A stretch of DNA of 38,559 nucleotides, taken from contig CAKKOZ010000116.1 of the NCBI GenBank assembly GCA_919901335.1, positions 1 through 38,559 on the forward strand, in the 5' to 3' direction. The notes below the pieces were generated by a model. The model was given only the letters and a program-made list of their open reading frames with translations. It made no database searches and was not told the DNA's origin. The stretch is from Nitrospiria bacterium. GTDB taxonomy: Bacteria > Nitrospirota > Nitrospiria > JACQBZ01. The translations under genes and the position numbers were made by a program. Position 1 is the first letter of the stretch, and every line of letters begins with the position of its first letter. This document shows, in pieces, positions 26,229-35,447 of the stretch.

Positions 26229-27209
26229 ATATCCCGTTTGTCGGTTCAGCAGCCGTGCCACCCGGATCGTCCAGTTCCCGTGCCGGTCCAGCCGCCCGAA
26301 CGCTTTGTCCCGCCGGAGGATCGCCGCGGCGGAACGCGCCGACGAACCATCCCGAAACAGTCCGAAAACGGTCGGCCCGCTGCCGGACATCAAGACCCCC
26401 TTCGCTCCCAAGGCACAGAGGCGCTCCTTGATGGTCTCAATGACCGGATATCGTCTGATCGTGATCACTTCCAAGTCATTGTGGAGGGAGAATGATCGTT
26501 TCGTCAGCGGGAAGGCCTTGCTTTTACCGGACAGGATTTTAAGACGTTTCCGATCCAAAGTCAACCCTATTTTTTTAAGGAATGTTTTCCGGGGCGCCAC
26601 GCCTGCCGGCAGGCGGGCGGGCGCTCCGGACCGGAGGCGGTCCAGCTCGGAATAGACCCAGACGGTCGAAACCTCAAAGCCGGGATTCACCAGCACCGCC
26701 CAGAGGTTTTTTCCCAAACGGGTCGGGTAAACCTCGTTGCCGATACCGGCCACCCAGGCGGTCGGCCCTCCAAAAAAAAACGGCAGATCGCTGCCGAGGG
26801 TCTGCCCCAGTGCCGCAAGTTCCGTCCGGGGCGGGGTCATTTGGAACAGGCGGCAAAGGCCGTGAAGCGTGGCGGCCGCGTCGCTGCTTCCGCCGCCCAG
26901 CCCGGCGCCGATCGGGATCTTCTTGTCCAGCTCGATTCGCAGGCCGGTCTCGACCCCGTACCGTTGCATAAAGACCCGGGCCGCACGCACGATCAGGTTG
27001 TCCTCTCCGAGCGGAAGGTTTCGATTCTGCGTCACGATCCGAATTCCATCGCGTGTCGGCCGCCGCGTCAGGACCAGCCGGTCATGAAGATTCACCATCT
27101 GCATCAGAGAAAAGATCCGATGGGATCCGGTCGGTTGACGATCCAAGACATACAGCAGCAGATTGATCTTGGCGGGCGCCCGGACGGTGACGGTCTGTCG
27201 TGAACGCAT
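26208..27209 (-). CDS. ispE: 4-diphosphocytidyl-2-C-methyl-D-erythritol kinase
   Basis: VRAPAKINLLLYV, EDNLIVRAAR, IPIGAGLGGGSSDAAATL, MSGSGPTVFGLF. The ORF ends at a TAG inside the tRNA-Gln D arm. Confidence 0.9.
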   Translation of the reverse strand: MRSRQTVTVRAPAKINLLLYVLDRQPTGSHRIFSLMQMVNLHDRLVLTRRPTRDGIRIVTQNRNLPLGEDNLIVRAARVFMQRYGVETGLRIELDKKIPIGAGLGGGSSDAAATLHGLCRLFQMTPPRTELAALGQTLGSDLPFFFGGPTAWVAGIGNEVYPTRLGKNLWAVLVNPGFEVSTVWVYSELDRLRSGAPARLPAGVAPRKTFLKKIGLTLDRKRLKILSGKSKAFPLTKRSFSLHNDLEVITIRRYPVIETIKERLCALGAKGVLMSGSGPTVFGLFRDGSSARSAAAILRRDKAFGRLDRHGNWTIRVARLLNRQTGYSEVVQR

Positions 27210-27272
27210 AGGAGGATCTCAATCCAATTAAAAATCCGTGGAACGTGTGTGTAACCTTTCCTTGAGTGACGG

Positions 27273-28712
27273 TTAAGGCTTGTCCGGGCCGTCATCCGGC
27301 TCCACGTCAGGATCGTCGTCCGGAGGAGAACCCGGCTCGCGATGCTTCCGGATGCCGTGCTTCTCCAGGCGGTAGCGGAACGACCGCATGTTCAGCCGGA
27401 GGAGCCGGGCGGCATCCCGCTTGACCCCGTTGGTTCGCTCGAGGGCCTTTAGGAGAAATGATTTTTCCAGATCACCGATCACCTGATCCAGGTCCAGTCC
27501 TTCGGCCGGAATGGGAAAAGACACCGACTCTTTCAAGGCCATCGGCTTCTGAAGACATTCCGTCACGTCTTTCAGCTCAATGGTATCGCCGGTCGTCAAG
27601 GCCACGACGCGTTCAAGCACATTCTCAAGTTCACGCACATTGCCGCGCCATGGATGGGCCTGCAGGGTTTTCATGGCCTCGGGCGTGACCGTCCGGATCT
27701 TTTTGTTCAACCCTTGATTCATGATCGCCAGAAAATGTCTCACGAGAGACGGAATATCCTCCACCCGCTCCCGGAGCGGCGGCAGATGGATCGGGATCAC
27801 GTCCAGACGATAATACAGATCCTCGCGAAACGTCCCCTCCGCGACCGCCTTTTCAAGGTCTTTATTCGTCGCCGCAATGATCCGGACATCCACGCGGATA
27901 TTTTGCGTCCCGCCGATCCGACGGAACTCCTTGTCTTCCAGAACCCGCAACAGCTTGGCCTGAATACCCGGCGGGGTGTCGCCGATCTCGTCCAGAAAGA
28001 TCGTCCCCTCATGGGCCGTCTCAAAGAGACCCGGCTTGTTCACGTGCGCGCCGGTGAACGACCCTTTCATATGGCCGAACAACTCGCTTTCAAGAAGCGG
28101 CTCGGGAAGCGCACTGCAGTTGACGGTCACGAAAGGTTTTTCCTTCCGCCGGCTGTCGGAATGAATGGCCTGTGCGATGAGCTCCTTTCCGGTCCCGCTC
28201 TCGCCTAAGATCAGGACATTGCTCTGGGTATCCGCGACCTTTTTCACCACCTGCATCACATTCTGCATCGGCCCGCTTCGGCCGATAATATCCTCCAGCG
28301 TCGCGGCCCCCTTAACCTTCTTTCTCAGGAGCCGGTTTTCAGCCCGGAGTCGTTTTTTCTCCAGGGCGTTTCGGATGATCAGCTTGACCTCTTCGATCTG
28401 AAACGGCTTGGTCAGATAATCGTAGGCCCCTTCCTTCATGGCCTCGATGGCCGTCTCGGTCGAAGCGAAGGCCGTGATCATCAGAACAAGGGTATCGGGC
28501 GACGCCTCCTTCACCGTCTTCAGCACCTGCAGACCGCCGATCTTCGGCATCTTCACATCGGTCAAGACCAGATCAAACATCTCTTTTCGGATCAACCGGC
28601 CGGCCGCCTCTCCGTCTTCGGCGGTCGTCACGGAATAGCCTTCTTTCTTGAGCATGATGCTCAGGAAATCCCGCATGCTCTTCTCGTCATCAACGACTAA
28701 GATTTTCTCCAC
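27273..28712 (-). CDS. pilR: Sigma54-dependent response regulator, PilR-type
   Basis: Receiver domain ([13 protein letters not shown]). AAA+ domain ([24 protein letters not shown]). C-terminal Fis-type HTH. Immediately follows pilS in a pil cluster. Confidence 0.85.
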   Translation of the reverse strand: MEKILVVDDEKSMRDFLSIMLKKEGYSVTTAEDGEAAGRLIRKEMFDLVLTDVKMPKIGGLQVLKTVKEASPDTLVLMITAFASTETAIEAMKEGAYDYLTKPFQIEEVKLIIRNALEKKRLRAENRLLRKKVKGAATLEDIIGRSGPMQNVMQVVKKVADTQSNVLILGESGTGKELIAQAIHSDSRRKEKPFVTVNCSALPEPLLESELFGHMKGSFTGAHVNKPGLFETAHEGTIFLDEIGDTPPGIQAKLLRVLEDKEFRRIGGTQNIRVDVRIIAATNKDLEKAVAEGTFREDLYYRLDVIPIHLPPLRERVEDIPSLVRHFLAIMNQGLNKKIRTVTPEAMKTLQAHPWRGNVRELENVLERVVALTTGDTIELKDVTECLQKPMALKESVSFPIPAEGLDLDQVIGDLEKSFLLKALERTNGVKRDAARLLRLNMRSFRYRLEKHGIRKHREPGSPPDDDPDVEPDDGPDKP

Positions 28713-28713
28713 G

Positions 28714-30381
28714 TTACTCCCCCGCCGGCAGCATCAGGGTTATTCGGGTCCCCTGGCCTGGCCGGCTTTCCACATGCATGCGGCCCCGGTGCGTTTCAAT
28801 CACCCGGTGCACGATCGACAGACCGAGTCCCGAACCCCGATCCTTGGTCGTGAAAAACGGATAGAAAATTTTAGGAATATTCTCTTTTTGAATCCCGATT
28901 CCATTGTCCGAAAACGTCACTTCGATCCAGGGCGTTCCGAGACGGTCTTGACTCGAGTTCACCGTCACGGGCCGGGTCGCAACGAGGAGCCGCCCCCCCT
29001 GCGGCATCGCCTGACAGGCATTGATGGACAGGTTCCAAAAAACCTGCCGGATCTGGTCCGGGTCCATCACCCCCCACACTTCCCCCGGGGCCAACTCCGC
29101 CCGGATCTCGATCGTGTCCCGGTACTCCTGGCTGTTTTGAAGAAGGCTCAAGCTCTCCCCAACCAGTTGGTTGATGTCCCACCGTTTTTTATTCAACGGG
29201 GCCGGCCGGGCGTACATCAGGAAGGCCGTGATGATGCCGTTCAATCGCTCGGTCTCCTTCAAGGCGATCTCCATCAACCGGCGGGACTCCTCATCTTCAA
29301 GGCGAACGTCTTTGCTCAGCACCTGCAGCGACCCGCTCAGCGACGCCAGCGGATTTCGGATCTCATGCGCCATGCCGGCGGCCATCTCACCAATGGTCGC
29401 CAGCCTTTTTTTGTGTTCAATCTCGCTCTCCATCTCCCGGATTCGGGTCAGGTCCTGAAAGATCCAGACCCCGCCCATCTGCCGGCCCTCTTCATTCTTG
29501 AGCGGAGAAACCGTCATCCCAAAAACCAGGCGAATCCCGTTCTTCCGGTAGCAGTCCCGGTCAAAGCGAATCGGCTCGGTTAACGGTTTTTCATCGCTGA
29601 TCAGCCGTTTCAGATCGGCCGCGTCGAAAATTTCCCACCAGGGTTTCCCTTTCACCTCCCCCAATCGGAACCCCATGATCTCTTCGGCGGCCCGGTTGAA
29701 AGAGGTAATCTCCCCGTTCGGGCCGGTCGTCATCAGGCCGGTGCTCATGCTCTGCACGACATGCTCGTGAAACGCCTTCAATTCGGCCAGCCCCGTCGCC
29801 TTTTCTTTCAAGCGCTCCCGGGTAAAACTCAGTTTTTCGGCCAGCCCCCCGCTCAGATAAGCCACGGTAAGGTACGCAACGATGTTTAGAAAAAGCAGGT
29901 AGAGGGTTTCTCGAGTCGAGTAGGGGCTCGCCTCCATCCCGGGCAGAAGCCGGAAATACTGGAGATCCACCAGGATCCCGAAGAGAATACTGGCCAGGGA
30001 TGCGGTCCGGCTGCCGCCCTTACGACCCAGGATGATGCTGGCCGCGATGGCGGTGATCATATAGAACGGCGAGAAAGGGCTTTCAATGCCGCCCGTGAGA
30101 TAAACCAGAACCGTCTCAAAAACCAAATCCAGGCAGATCTGGACATACGCAAGAAGCGCAATCCGTTTCAGCCGATTCAGGAGCAGGCTGTAGACAATGG
30201 TGAGACAGTAGGTCGAGGCGATCAGGTAGGAGAAGGAGGTGGTCGTCTTACCGATATGCCCGTAACCGACCTGCAGAACGATCGAGGCGCCCAGCAAAAC
30301 CGTGACGATCACGACGCGCAGAGCCATCAGCCACTTGAGCTTGGCCCGCATTTCTTCTTGCTGGATTCGTTGAAGCTCCAT
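28714..30381 (-). CDS. pilS: Sensor histidine kinase, PilS-type
   Basis: Multi-TM N-terminus, PAS-like segment, H-box AAGMAHEIRNPLASL, and N/G boxes (FWNLSINA, DNGIGI, GSGLGLSIV). Confidence 0.8.
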   Translation of the reverse strand: MELQRIQQEEMRAKLKWLMALRVVIVTVLLGASIVLQVGYGHIGKTTTSFSYLIASTYCLTIVYSLLLNRLKRIALLAYVQICLDLVFETVLVYLTGGIESPFSPFYMITAIAASIILGRKGGSRTASLASILFGILVDLQYFRLLPGMEASPYSTRETLYLLFLNIVAYLTVAYLSGGLAEKLSFTRERLKEKATGLAELKAFHEHVVQSMSTGLMTTGPNGEITSFNRAAEEIMGFRLGEVKGKPWWEIFDAADLKRLISDEKPLTEPIRFDRDCYRKNGIRLVFGMTVSPLKNEEGRQMGGVWIFQDLTRIREMESEIEHKKRLATIGEMAAGMAHEIRNPLASLSGSLQVLSKDVRLEDEESRRLMEIALKETERLNGIITAFLMYARPAPLNKKRWDINQLVGESLSLLQNSQEYRDTIEIRAELAPGEVWGVMDPDQIRQVFWNLSINACQAMPQGGRLLVATRPVTVNSSQDRLGTPWIEVTFSDNGIGIQKENIPKIFYPFFTTKDRGSGLGLSIVHRVIETHRGRMHVESRPGQGTRITLMLPAGE

Positions 30382-30392
30382 CGCTCAAAGCG

Positions 30393-31601
30393 CTACCCGA
30401 CGGTTCCGGCCATCTTGAAGATCGGCAGGTACATGGCCACCACGATGAAGCCGATGATCGCGCCCAGGAAGACCATCATCAGCGGTTCCAGAAGAGACGT
30501 CAAGGCTGCGACGGCCGCATCCACTTCTTCTTCATAAAAGTCGGCGATCTTTCCCAGCATCGCATCGAGCGCGCCCGTCGTCTCGCCCACGGCGATCATC
30601 TGGACCACCATGGGAGGAAAAACCTTGGTCTGTCCCAGCGGCTCGGAAACCGTCCTGCCTTCGCTGATGCTCTGCCGGGCGACCATGATCGCCTCTTCGA
30701 TGACCTTGTTCCCCGCGGTTTTGGCCGTAATGGCCAGACCCTCCAGAATGGGAACACCGCTGCTGATCAACGTGCCGAGGGTCCGGGTAAATTTGGCCAC
30801 GGCCGCCTTGCGAACCAGATCGCCCATCACGGGCAGCATCAGCGCCGTGCGATCCATGAGCTTTCGGCCCGTCGGTGTTTTGTAAAAACGTTTCAAACCG
30901 ATCCAGCCCAGCACGGCTCCCACGGCCATATACGGCGCGTATTTCTTCGAGAAGTCGCTGGCATTAATCACGATCTGCGTCGGGCCGGGAAGCGTCCCGC
31001 CAAAATCGGAAAACATCTTGGCGAAGACCGGAATCACAAAAACCATCAGGATCCCCACGATGATCACGGCCACCGCCATGATCGTGAGCGGGTAAACCAT
31101 CGCCGACTTGATCTGCTTCTTCAACTTCGCCGCTTTCTCGATGTGCTTGGCGAGCCGGTTGAGGATGGTGTCCAGAATACCGCCGGCCTCGCCCGCCGCC
31201 ACCATGTTCACATACAGATCGTCAAACGCCTTGGGATGTTTCCTTAGGGCATCGGCATAGGTGGAACCCGACTCGACTTCCTGCCGCACCTCACCTACCG
31301 TCTTGGCCAGGAACTTGTTCTCCGTCTGAGCCGAGAGGATCTGGAGGCATTGGACCAGCGGTAAACCGGCATCAATCATCGTGGCAAACTGCCGGGTAAA
31401 CACCACGATGTCTTTATCGGTGACGGATCCGCCGCCGAAACTGATGTTAAGATTAAAACCGCCCGCCTTTGGCTGAATCGAGGTAACCAGGATATTCTGC
31501 TTGCGAAGCAGCCCGATCCCTTCCTCGCGGCTCTTCGCCGCAATCTCGCCCTTCTGAAGGGTGCCTTGTCTCGTCTTTCCTGTCCATGCAAACGTCGCCA
31601 T
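30393..31601 (-). CDS. pilC: Type IV pilus platform protein PilC
   Basis: Paralogue of the GspF above. MATFAWTGKTRQGTLQKGEI... Two GspF-type repeats. Sits in the pilB/pilT context. Confidence 0.9.
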   Translation of the reverse strand: MATFAWTGKTRQGTLQKGEIAAKSREEGIGLLRKQNILVTSIQPKAGGFNLNISFGGGSVTDKDIVVFTRQFATMIDAGLPLVQCLQILSAQTENKFLAKTVGEVRQEVESGSTYADALRKHPKAFDDLYVNMVAAGEAGGILDTILNRLAKHIEKAAKLKKQIKSAMVYPLTIMAVAVIIVGILMVFVIPVFAKMFSDFGGTLPGPTQIVINASDFSKKYAPYMAVGAVLGWIGLKRFYKTPTGRKLMDRTALMLPVMGDLVRKAAVAKFTRTLGTLISSGVPILEGLAITAKTAGNKVIEEAIMVARQSISEGRTVSEPLGQTKVFPPMVVQMIAVGETTGALDAMLGKIADFYEEEVDAAVAALTSLLEPLMMVFLGAIIGFIVVAMYLPIFKMAGTVG

Positions 31602-31605
31602 TGAT

Positions 31606-32712
31606 TTACCGTGCCGCCCGTTGTTCTCTGCCCGGCTGAGGAACCGCTCCGCTCCGACCCAACATCGTCATCAGCTCTTCCACGTTGCTGCTCCGGCTAA
31701 TGGTATCGTCATAGGTGATCAGACGCCGTTGATAGAGGTCGAATAACGACTGGTTCATCGTCTGCATGCCGTACTTCGACTGACCGGTCTGCATCGTGGA
31801 ATAGATCTGATGGACCTTGTCTTCCCGGATCAGATTGCGGATGGCGGGGTTAGGCACCATAATCTCCAACGCCAGCGCCCGCCCCTGCCCGCTCGCCTTG
31901 GCGATGAGTTGCTGGGACATGACGCCTTCCAGAACAAACGACAACTGGGCCCGCACCTGGGACTGCTGGAAAGGAGGAAAAACATCAATGATCCGGTTGA
32001 TCGTCTGGGCGCAGGAGTTGGTGTGGAGCGTCGCCAGTGTGAGATGGCCGGTCTCGGCGATCGTCAGCGCGGCCTCAATCGTCTCCAGGTCCCGCAACTC
32101 GCCGATCAGCACCACATCGGGATCCTGCCGGAGAATATATTTGAGGGCGACCTTGAACGATTTGGTGTCGGAAAAGACCTCCCGTTGGTTGACCAGGCAT
32201 TTTTTATGAGGATGAAGAAACTCGATCGGATCCTCGATCGTCACGATATGTTCATGCCGCTCGCTGTTGATGGTGTCGATCATCGTGGCCAGGGTGGTGG
32301 ATTTCCCGCTGCCCGTCGGGCCGGTTACCAGGACCAGACCGCGGGGGCGATTCACCAGAGCCCGCACCACCGGCGGTAGTCCCAATTCATCGAAGGTCAT
32401 GATCTTAAACGGGATCGTCCTGATCGCCGCGGCCACGGACCCGCGCTGTATAAAAACATTGGCGCGGAACCGGCTCAGCCCTTTCAATCCGAAAGAAAAA
32501 TCCAGTTCGTTCTCCTCTTCGAATTTATGCTTTTGGGCATCGGTCAGAACGCTGTAGACCAACTGTTTGGTCTCGGCGGGCGTCAACACCGGCAGATCAA
32601 GCGGAATCAGACCCCCGTTGACCCGGATCTGCGGCGGAGTTCCCGTGGTGATGTGGAGATCGGAAGCCCCCTTTTCGGTCATCGTTTGCAGCAACTGATA
32701 TAGGTTGGCCAT
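31606..32712 (-). CDS. pilT: Twitching-motility retraction ATPase PilT
   Basis: GASDLHITTGTPPQIRVNG, Walker A GPTGSGKSTTLA, and the AIRNLIRE motif characteristic of PilT. Confidence 0.9.
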   Translation of the reverse strand: MANLYQLLQTMTEKGASDLHITTGTPPQIRVNGGLIPLDLPVLTPAETKQLVYSVLTDAQKHKFEEENELDFSFGLKGLSRFRANVFIQRGSVAAAIRTIPFKIMTFDELGLPPVVRALVNRPRGLVLVTGPTGSGKSTTLATMIDTINSERHEHIVTIEDPIEFLHPHKKCLVNQREVFSDTKSFKVALKYILRQDPDVVLIGELRDLETIEAALTIAETGHLTLATLHTNSCAQTINRIIDVFPPFQQSQVRAQLSFVLEGVMSQQLIAKASGQGRALALEIMVPNPAIRNLIREDKVHQIYSTMQTGQSKYGMQTMNQSLFDLYQRRLITYDDTISRSSNVEELMTMLGRSGAVPQPGREQRAAR

Positions 32713-32741
32713 GCGTCGCCTTTCTGCTTATTCCTTAAGAT

Positions 32742-32766
32742 GGGGACAGATTTGAAATCTGTCCCC
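32742..32766. repeat. 25-nt palindrome GGGGACAGATTT-G-AAATCTGTCCCC
   Basis: Read directly: the 12-nt arms are exact reverse complements. It lies in the 64-nt pilB-pilT spacer. No U-tract follows it. Confidence 0.9.
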
Positions 32767-32776
32767 TCCCATGCTG

Positions 32777-34480
32777 TCAATCCGCAAAGGTTGAGTCCGC
32801 CACCTCTTCCAACGTGGTTAATCCTTCCCCGACTTTTGCCAGACCGCTCATGCGCAACGTTTTCATCCCCGTGCCGATGGCCCTTTTTTTAATCTCATCC
32901 GAAGAAGCCCCTTGCAGGATCAATTCCCGGACCTCTTCGCCGATGGGCATCACTTCATACAACGCCAAGCGGCCTTTATAACCCGTGTCGCTGCAGGTCG
33001 TGCAGCCCTTGCCTTTATAACAGACGGTGTTCTTGGCTTCTTCCTCCGACATTCCCGCCTTGATCAGCGTCTGAACCGGAATCTTTTCGACTTCTTTGCA
33101 GTCCTTGCAGACTCGACGGACCAGCCGCTGCGCAAGAATCATGATCACGGAGGAGGCCACCAGAAAGGGCTCGATGCCCATGTTGAGAAGCCGGTTGATC
33201 GTGCTCGGCGCATCGTTGGTGTGCAGCGTGGACAGGACCAGGTGCCCGGTCAGGGCCGCCTTGACGCCGATCTCGGCCGTTTCGTAGTCCCGGATTTCGC
33301 CGACCATGATGATGTCGGGGTCCTGCCGGAGAAAGGATCGGAGGGCGGCCGCGAAATTAAGGCCGATCTCGTCCTTCATCTGGACCTGATTAATCCCCAT
33401 CAGGTTGTACTCGACCGGATCTTCGGCCGTCATGATGTTCACATCAATGGTATTGATATAGTTCAACGCGGAATACAGCGTGGTGGTTTTACCGCTTCCG
33501 GTCGGACCCGTCACCAGCACCATCCCGTAGGGACTGCCGATCACCTTCATAAAGTGCTCCAGGGCTTTGGGATCAAACCCGAGCTTGGTCAGATCCAGCG
33601 TCAGATTGCTTTTATCCAGGAGCCGCATCACGATCTTTTCGCCGAACAGACACGGCAGGGAGGAAACGCGGAGGTCGACCTCCTTGTCATCGAACCTTAT
33701 TTTGATGCGCCCGTCTTGAGGAAGCCGCCGTTCGGCGATGTCGAGATCGGCCATGATCTTGAATCGGGAGGTCAAGGCCGCCTGCAACTTTTTCGGTGGA
33801 GCCATGACTTCGTAGAGGGACCCGTCCAGCCGGTACCGCACCCGAAAACTATGCTCATACGGTTCGATGTGGATATCGCTCACCTTTTTCTTGACGGCTT
33901 CCGTCAAGATCAGGTTCGCCAGTTTGACCACCGGTGCCTCCTCCACCGCCTCCTTCAGCTTGCCGATATCCTCTTCCGCTTCGCGGATAATCGTCGGCGA
34001 CGCCGCTTCCTGCGTCTCGAGGTCTTTCAACACCGTCTGGAGCTCCTTCGTGGAAACGTCGTAGGCCTTGGCGATGGCCGCCATGACGGCCACCTCCGAG
34101 GCCACCATCGGCTCGATCTCGTATCCGGTCATGAATCGGATGTCATCGATGGCAAACACATCGGTGGGATCCACCATGGCCAGGCTGAGCATGGCCCCGG
34201 AACGCTTGATGGGAATGACATTGTATTTGTGAACCACCTCGGCCGGCACCAGTTTCGTGACAGCCGGATCAATCTGGACTTTCGCGAGATCGACAGCGGG
34301 GATGCCGTACTGCTGGCTCAGAAACTTCAGCAGCTTCTCCTCTTCAACAAAATTCAACTTGGCGAGGACGCTGCCCAGCCGGCCGCCCTCTTTCTTTTGA
34401 ACCAAGAGGGCCTTCTGGAGCTGGTCCTCCGTAATGAGCTTGGCCGTTGTGAGCAGTTTCCCCAATCGTTCAGGAACCAA
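32777..34480 (-). CDS. pilB: Type IV pilus assembly ATPase PilB
   Basis: N-terminal MshEN-like helices, Walker A VTGPTGSGKTTTLY, and tetracysteine CKDC...CTTC. TTG start with a GAGG 9 nt upstream. Confidence 0.9.
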   Translation of the reverse strand: MVPERLGKLLTTAKLITEDQLQKALLVQKKEGGRLGSVLAKLNFVEEEKLLKFLSQQYGIPAVDLAKVQIDPAVTKLVPAEVVHKYNVIPIKRSGAMLSLAMVDPTDVFAIDDIRFMTGYEIEPMVASEVAVMAAIAKAYDVSTKELQTVLKDLETQEAASPTIIREAEEDIGKLKEAVEEAPVVKLANLILTEAVKKKVSDIHIEPYEHSFRVRYRLDGSLYEVMAPPKKLQAALTSRFKIMADLDIAERRLPQDGRIKIRFDDKEVDLRVSSLPCLFGEKIVMRLLDKSNLTLDLTKLGFDPKALEHFMKVIGSPYGMVLVTGPTGSGKTTTLYSALNYINTIDVNIMTAEDPVEYNLMGINQVQMKDEIGLNFAAALRSFLRQDPDIIMVGEIRDYETAEIGVKAALTGHLVLSTLHTNDAPSTINRLLNMGIEPFLVASSVIMILAQRLVRRVCKDCKEVEKIPVQTLIKAGMSEEEAKNTVCYKGKGCTTCSDTGYKGRLALYEVMPIGEEVRELILQGASSDEIKKRAIGTGMKTLRMSGLAKVGEGLTTLEEVADSTFAD

Positions 34481-34548
34481 GACCGTTACCTCTAACTAAG
34501 GTGAGCGGAATTTCCAATGGGTCACTCTACTGGATCGGCGCCGGATTG

Positions 34549-35427
34549 TCAATCTCTTGCCGGCTCAACGTTCCGTCCCAAGAGGCCCTGCCGAAGGGCC
34601 TCTTGCATAACGCCGATCGGCGGGCGTTGACCGGTCCAGATCTCAAAGGAAAGAGCGCCCTGGTGCACCAGCATTCCGAGCCCGTTGATCGCCTTCGCGC
34701 CGGCCGCTTGAGCCTGTTTAAGCAGAACCGTCATCGGCGGTTTATAGATCAGGTCACACACGACATGATGGGGCCTCAGAACATCGTCGGGAAGAAGGGG
34801 AGGATCATCCGGCTTCATGCCCACCGAGGTGGCGTTGATGATGATATCGGCCTGCCGAATCCCCGCTTCTAAAGACGCCTTCGTCCAGGGAAGGACGGAG
34901 GCGGAACACCGCACCGGCGATCGCCGAAGGTCCCGGACCAATTCCGCAGCCCGGGCCGATGAACGATTGGCAATCATCACGGCCGCCCCGCCTTCCAACA
35001 CCCATTGGAACGCAACCGCCCGGGCCGCCCCGCCCGCGCCCAGGATCAAGACCCGCTTGCCGGGGATGGGCTCCCCGGTCTCCTCCATAAAGGCGCGAAG
35101 GAACCCTCGACCATCGGTGTTGTGACCGATCCATCGGCCGCGGTGAATCTCAACCGTGTTGACGGCGCCGATCAACCGGGCCTCGGAAGTCAACCGGTCC
35201 ACCCAAGCCATGATCCGCCGCTTATGCGGAATGGTCACGTTGAAACCGGAGAACCCCAGCACCCGTATTGCCTTGACGGCCGATCGGATCCGGCGGGGCG
35301 CCACCTCCAGTGGAATGTACCCGTAGTCCAGACCCATCGCTTCAAAGGCCGCGTTGTGCATCAACGGCGACAGGGAATGGCGGATGGGATAACCGACAAT
35401 CCCGACCCATTTTGTCCGACCCGTCAT
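34549..35427 (-). CDS. aroE: Shikimate dehydrogenase
   Basis: VGIVGYPIRHSLSPLMHNAAFEAMGLDYGY, NVTIPHK, GAGGAARAV. I prefer the start at ATG 35427, which lies 7 nt after a GGGAG. The track start at 35433 is 1 nt after it. Confidence 0.9.
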   Translation of the reverse strand: MTGRTKWVGIVGYPIRHSLSPLMHNAAFEAMGLDYGYIPLEVAPRRIRSAVKAIRVLGFSGFNVTIPHKRRIMAWVDRLTSEARLIGAVNTVEIHRGRWIGHNTDGRGFLRAFMEETGEPIPGKRVLILGAGGAARAVAFQWVLEGGAAVMIANRSSARAAELVRDLRRSPVRCSASVLPWTKASLEAGIRQADIIINATSVGMKPDDPPLLPDDVLRPHHVVCDLIYKPPMTVLLKQAQAAGAKAINGLGMLVHQGALSFEIWTGQRPPIGVMQEALRQGLLGRNVEPARD

Positions 35428-35447
35428 TGTCATACTCCCTTGTCCAT

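Noticed and set aside
26245-26260. TGGCACGGCTGCTGAA on the minus strand, about 20-30 nt upstream of tRNA-Gln, considered as a sigma54 promoter for the tRNA
   Set aside because: The -12 element is CTGA instead of TTGC, so the invariant GC is absent. It is probably coincidental.
28648-29583. 311-aa plus-strand ORF opposite pilS/pilR, and similar ORFs at 25337-26080 and 27654-28208
   Set aside because: Shadow ORFs opposite genes with clear histidine-kinase, Prs and AAA+ motifs.
32912-34495. 527-aa plus-strand ORF opposite pilB
   Set aside because: The same shadow-ORF pattern. The pilB frame has Walker boxes and the tetracysteine motif. The antisense product is low-complexity (R, G, D, H, Q rich).
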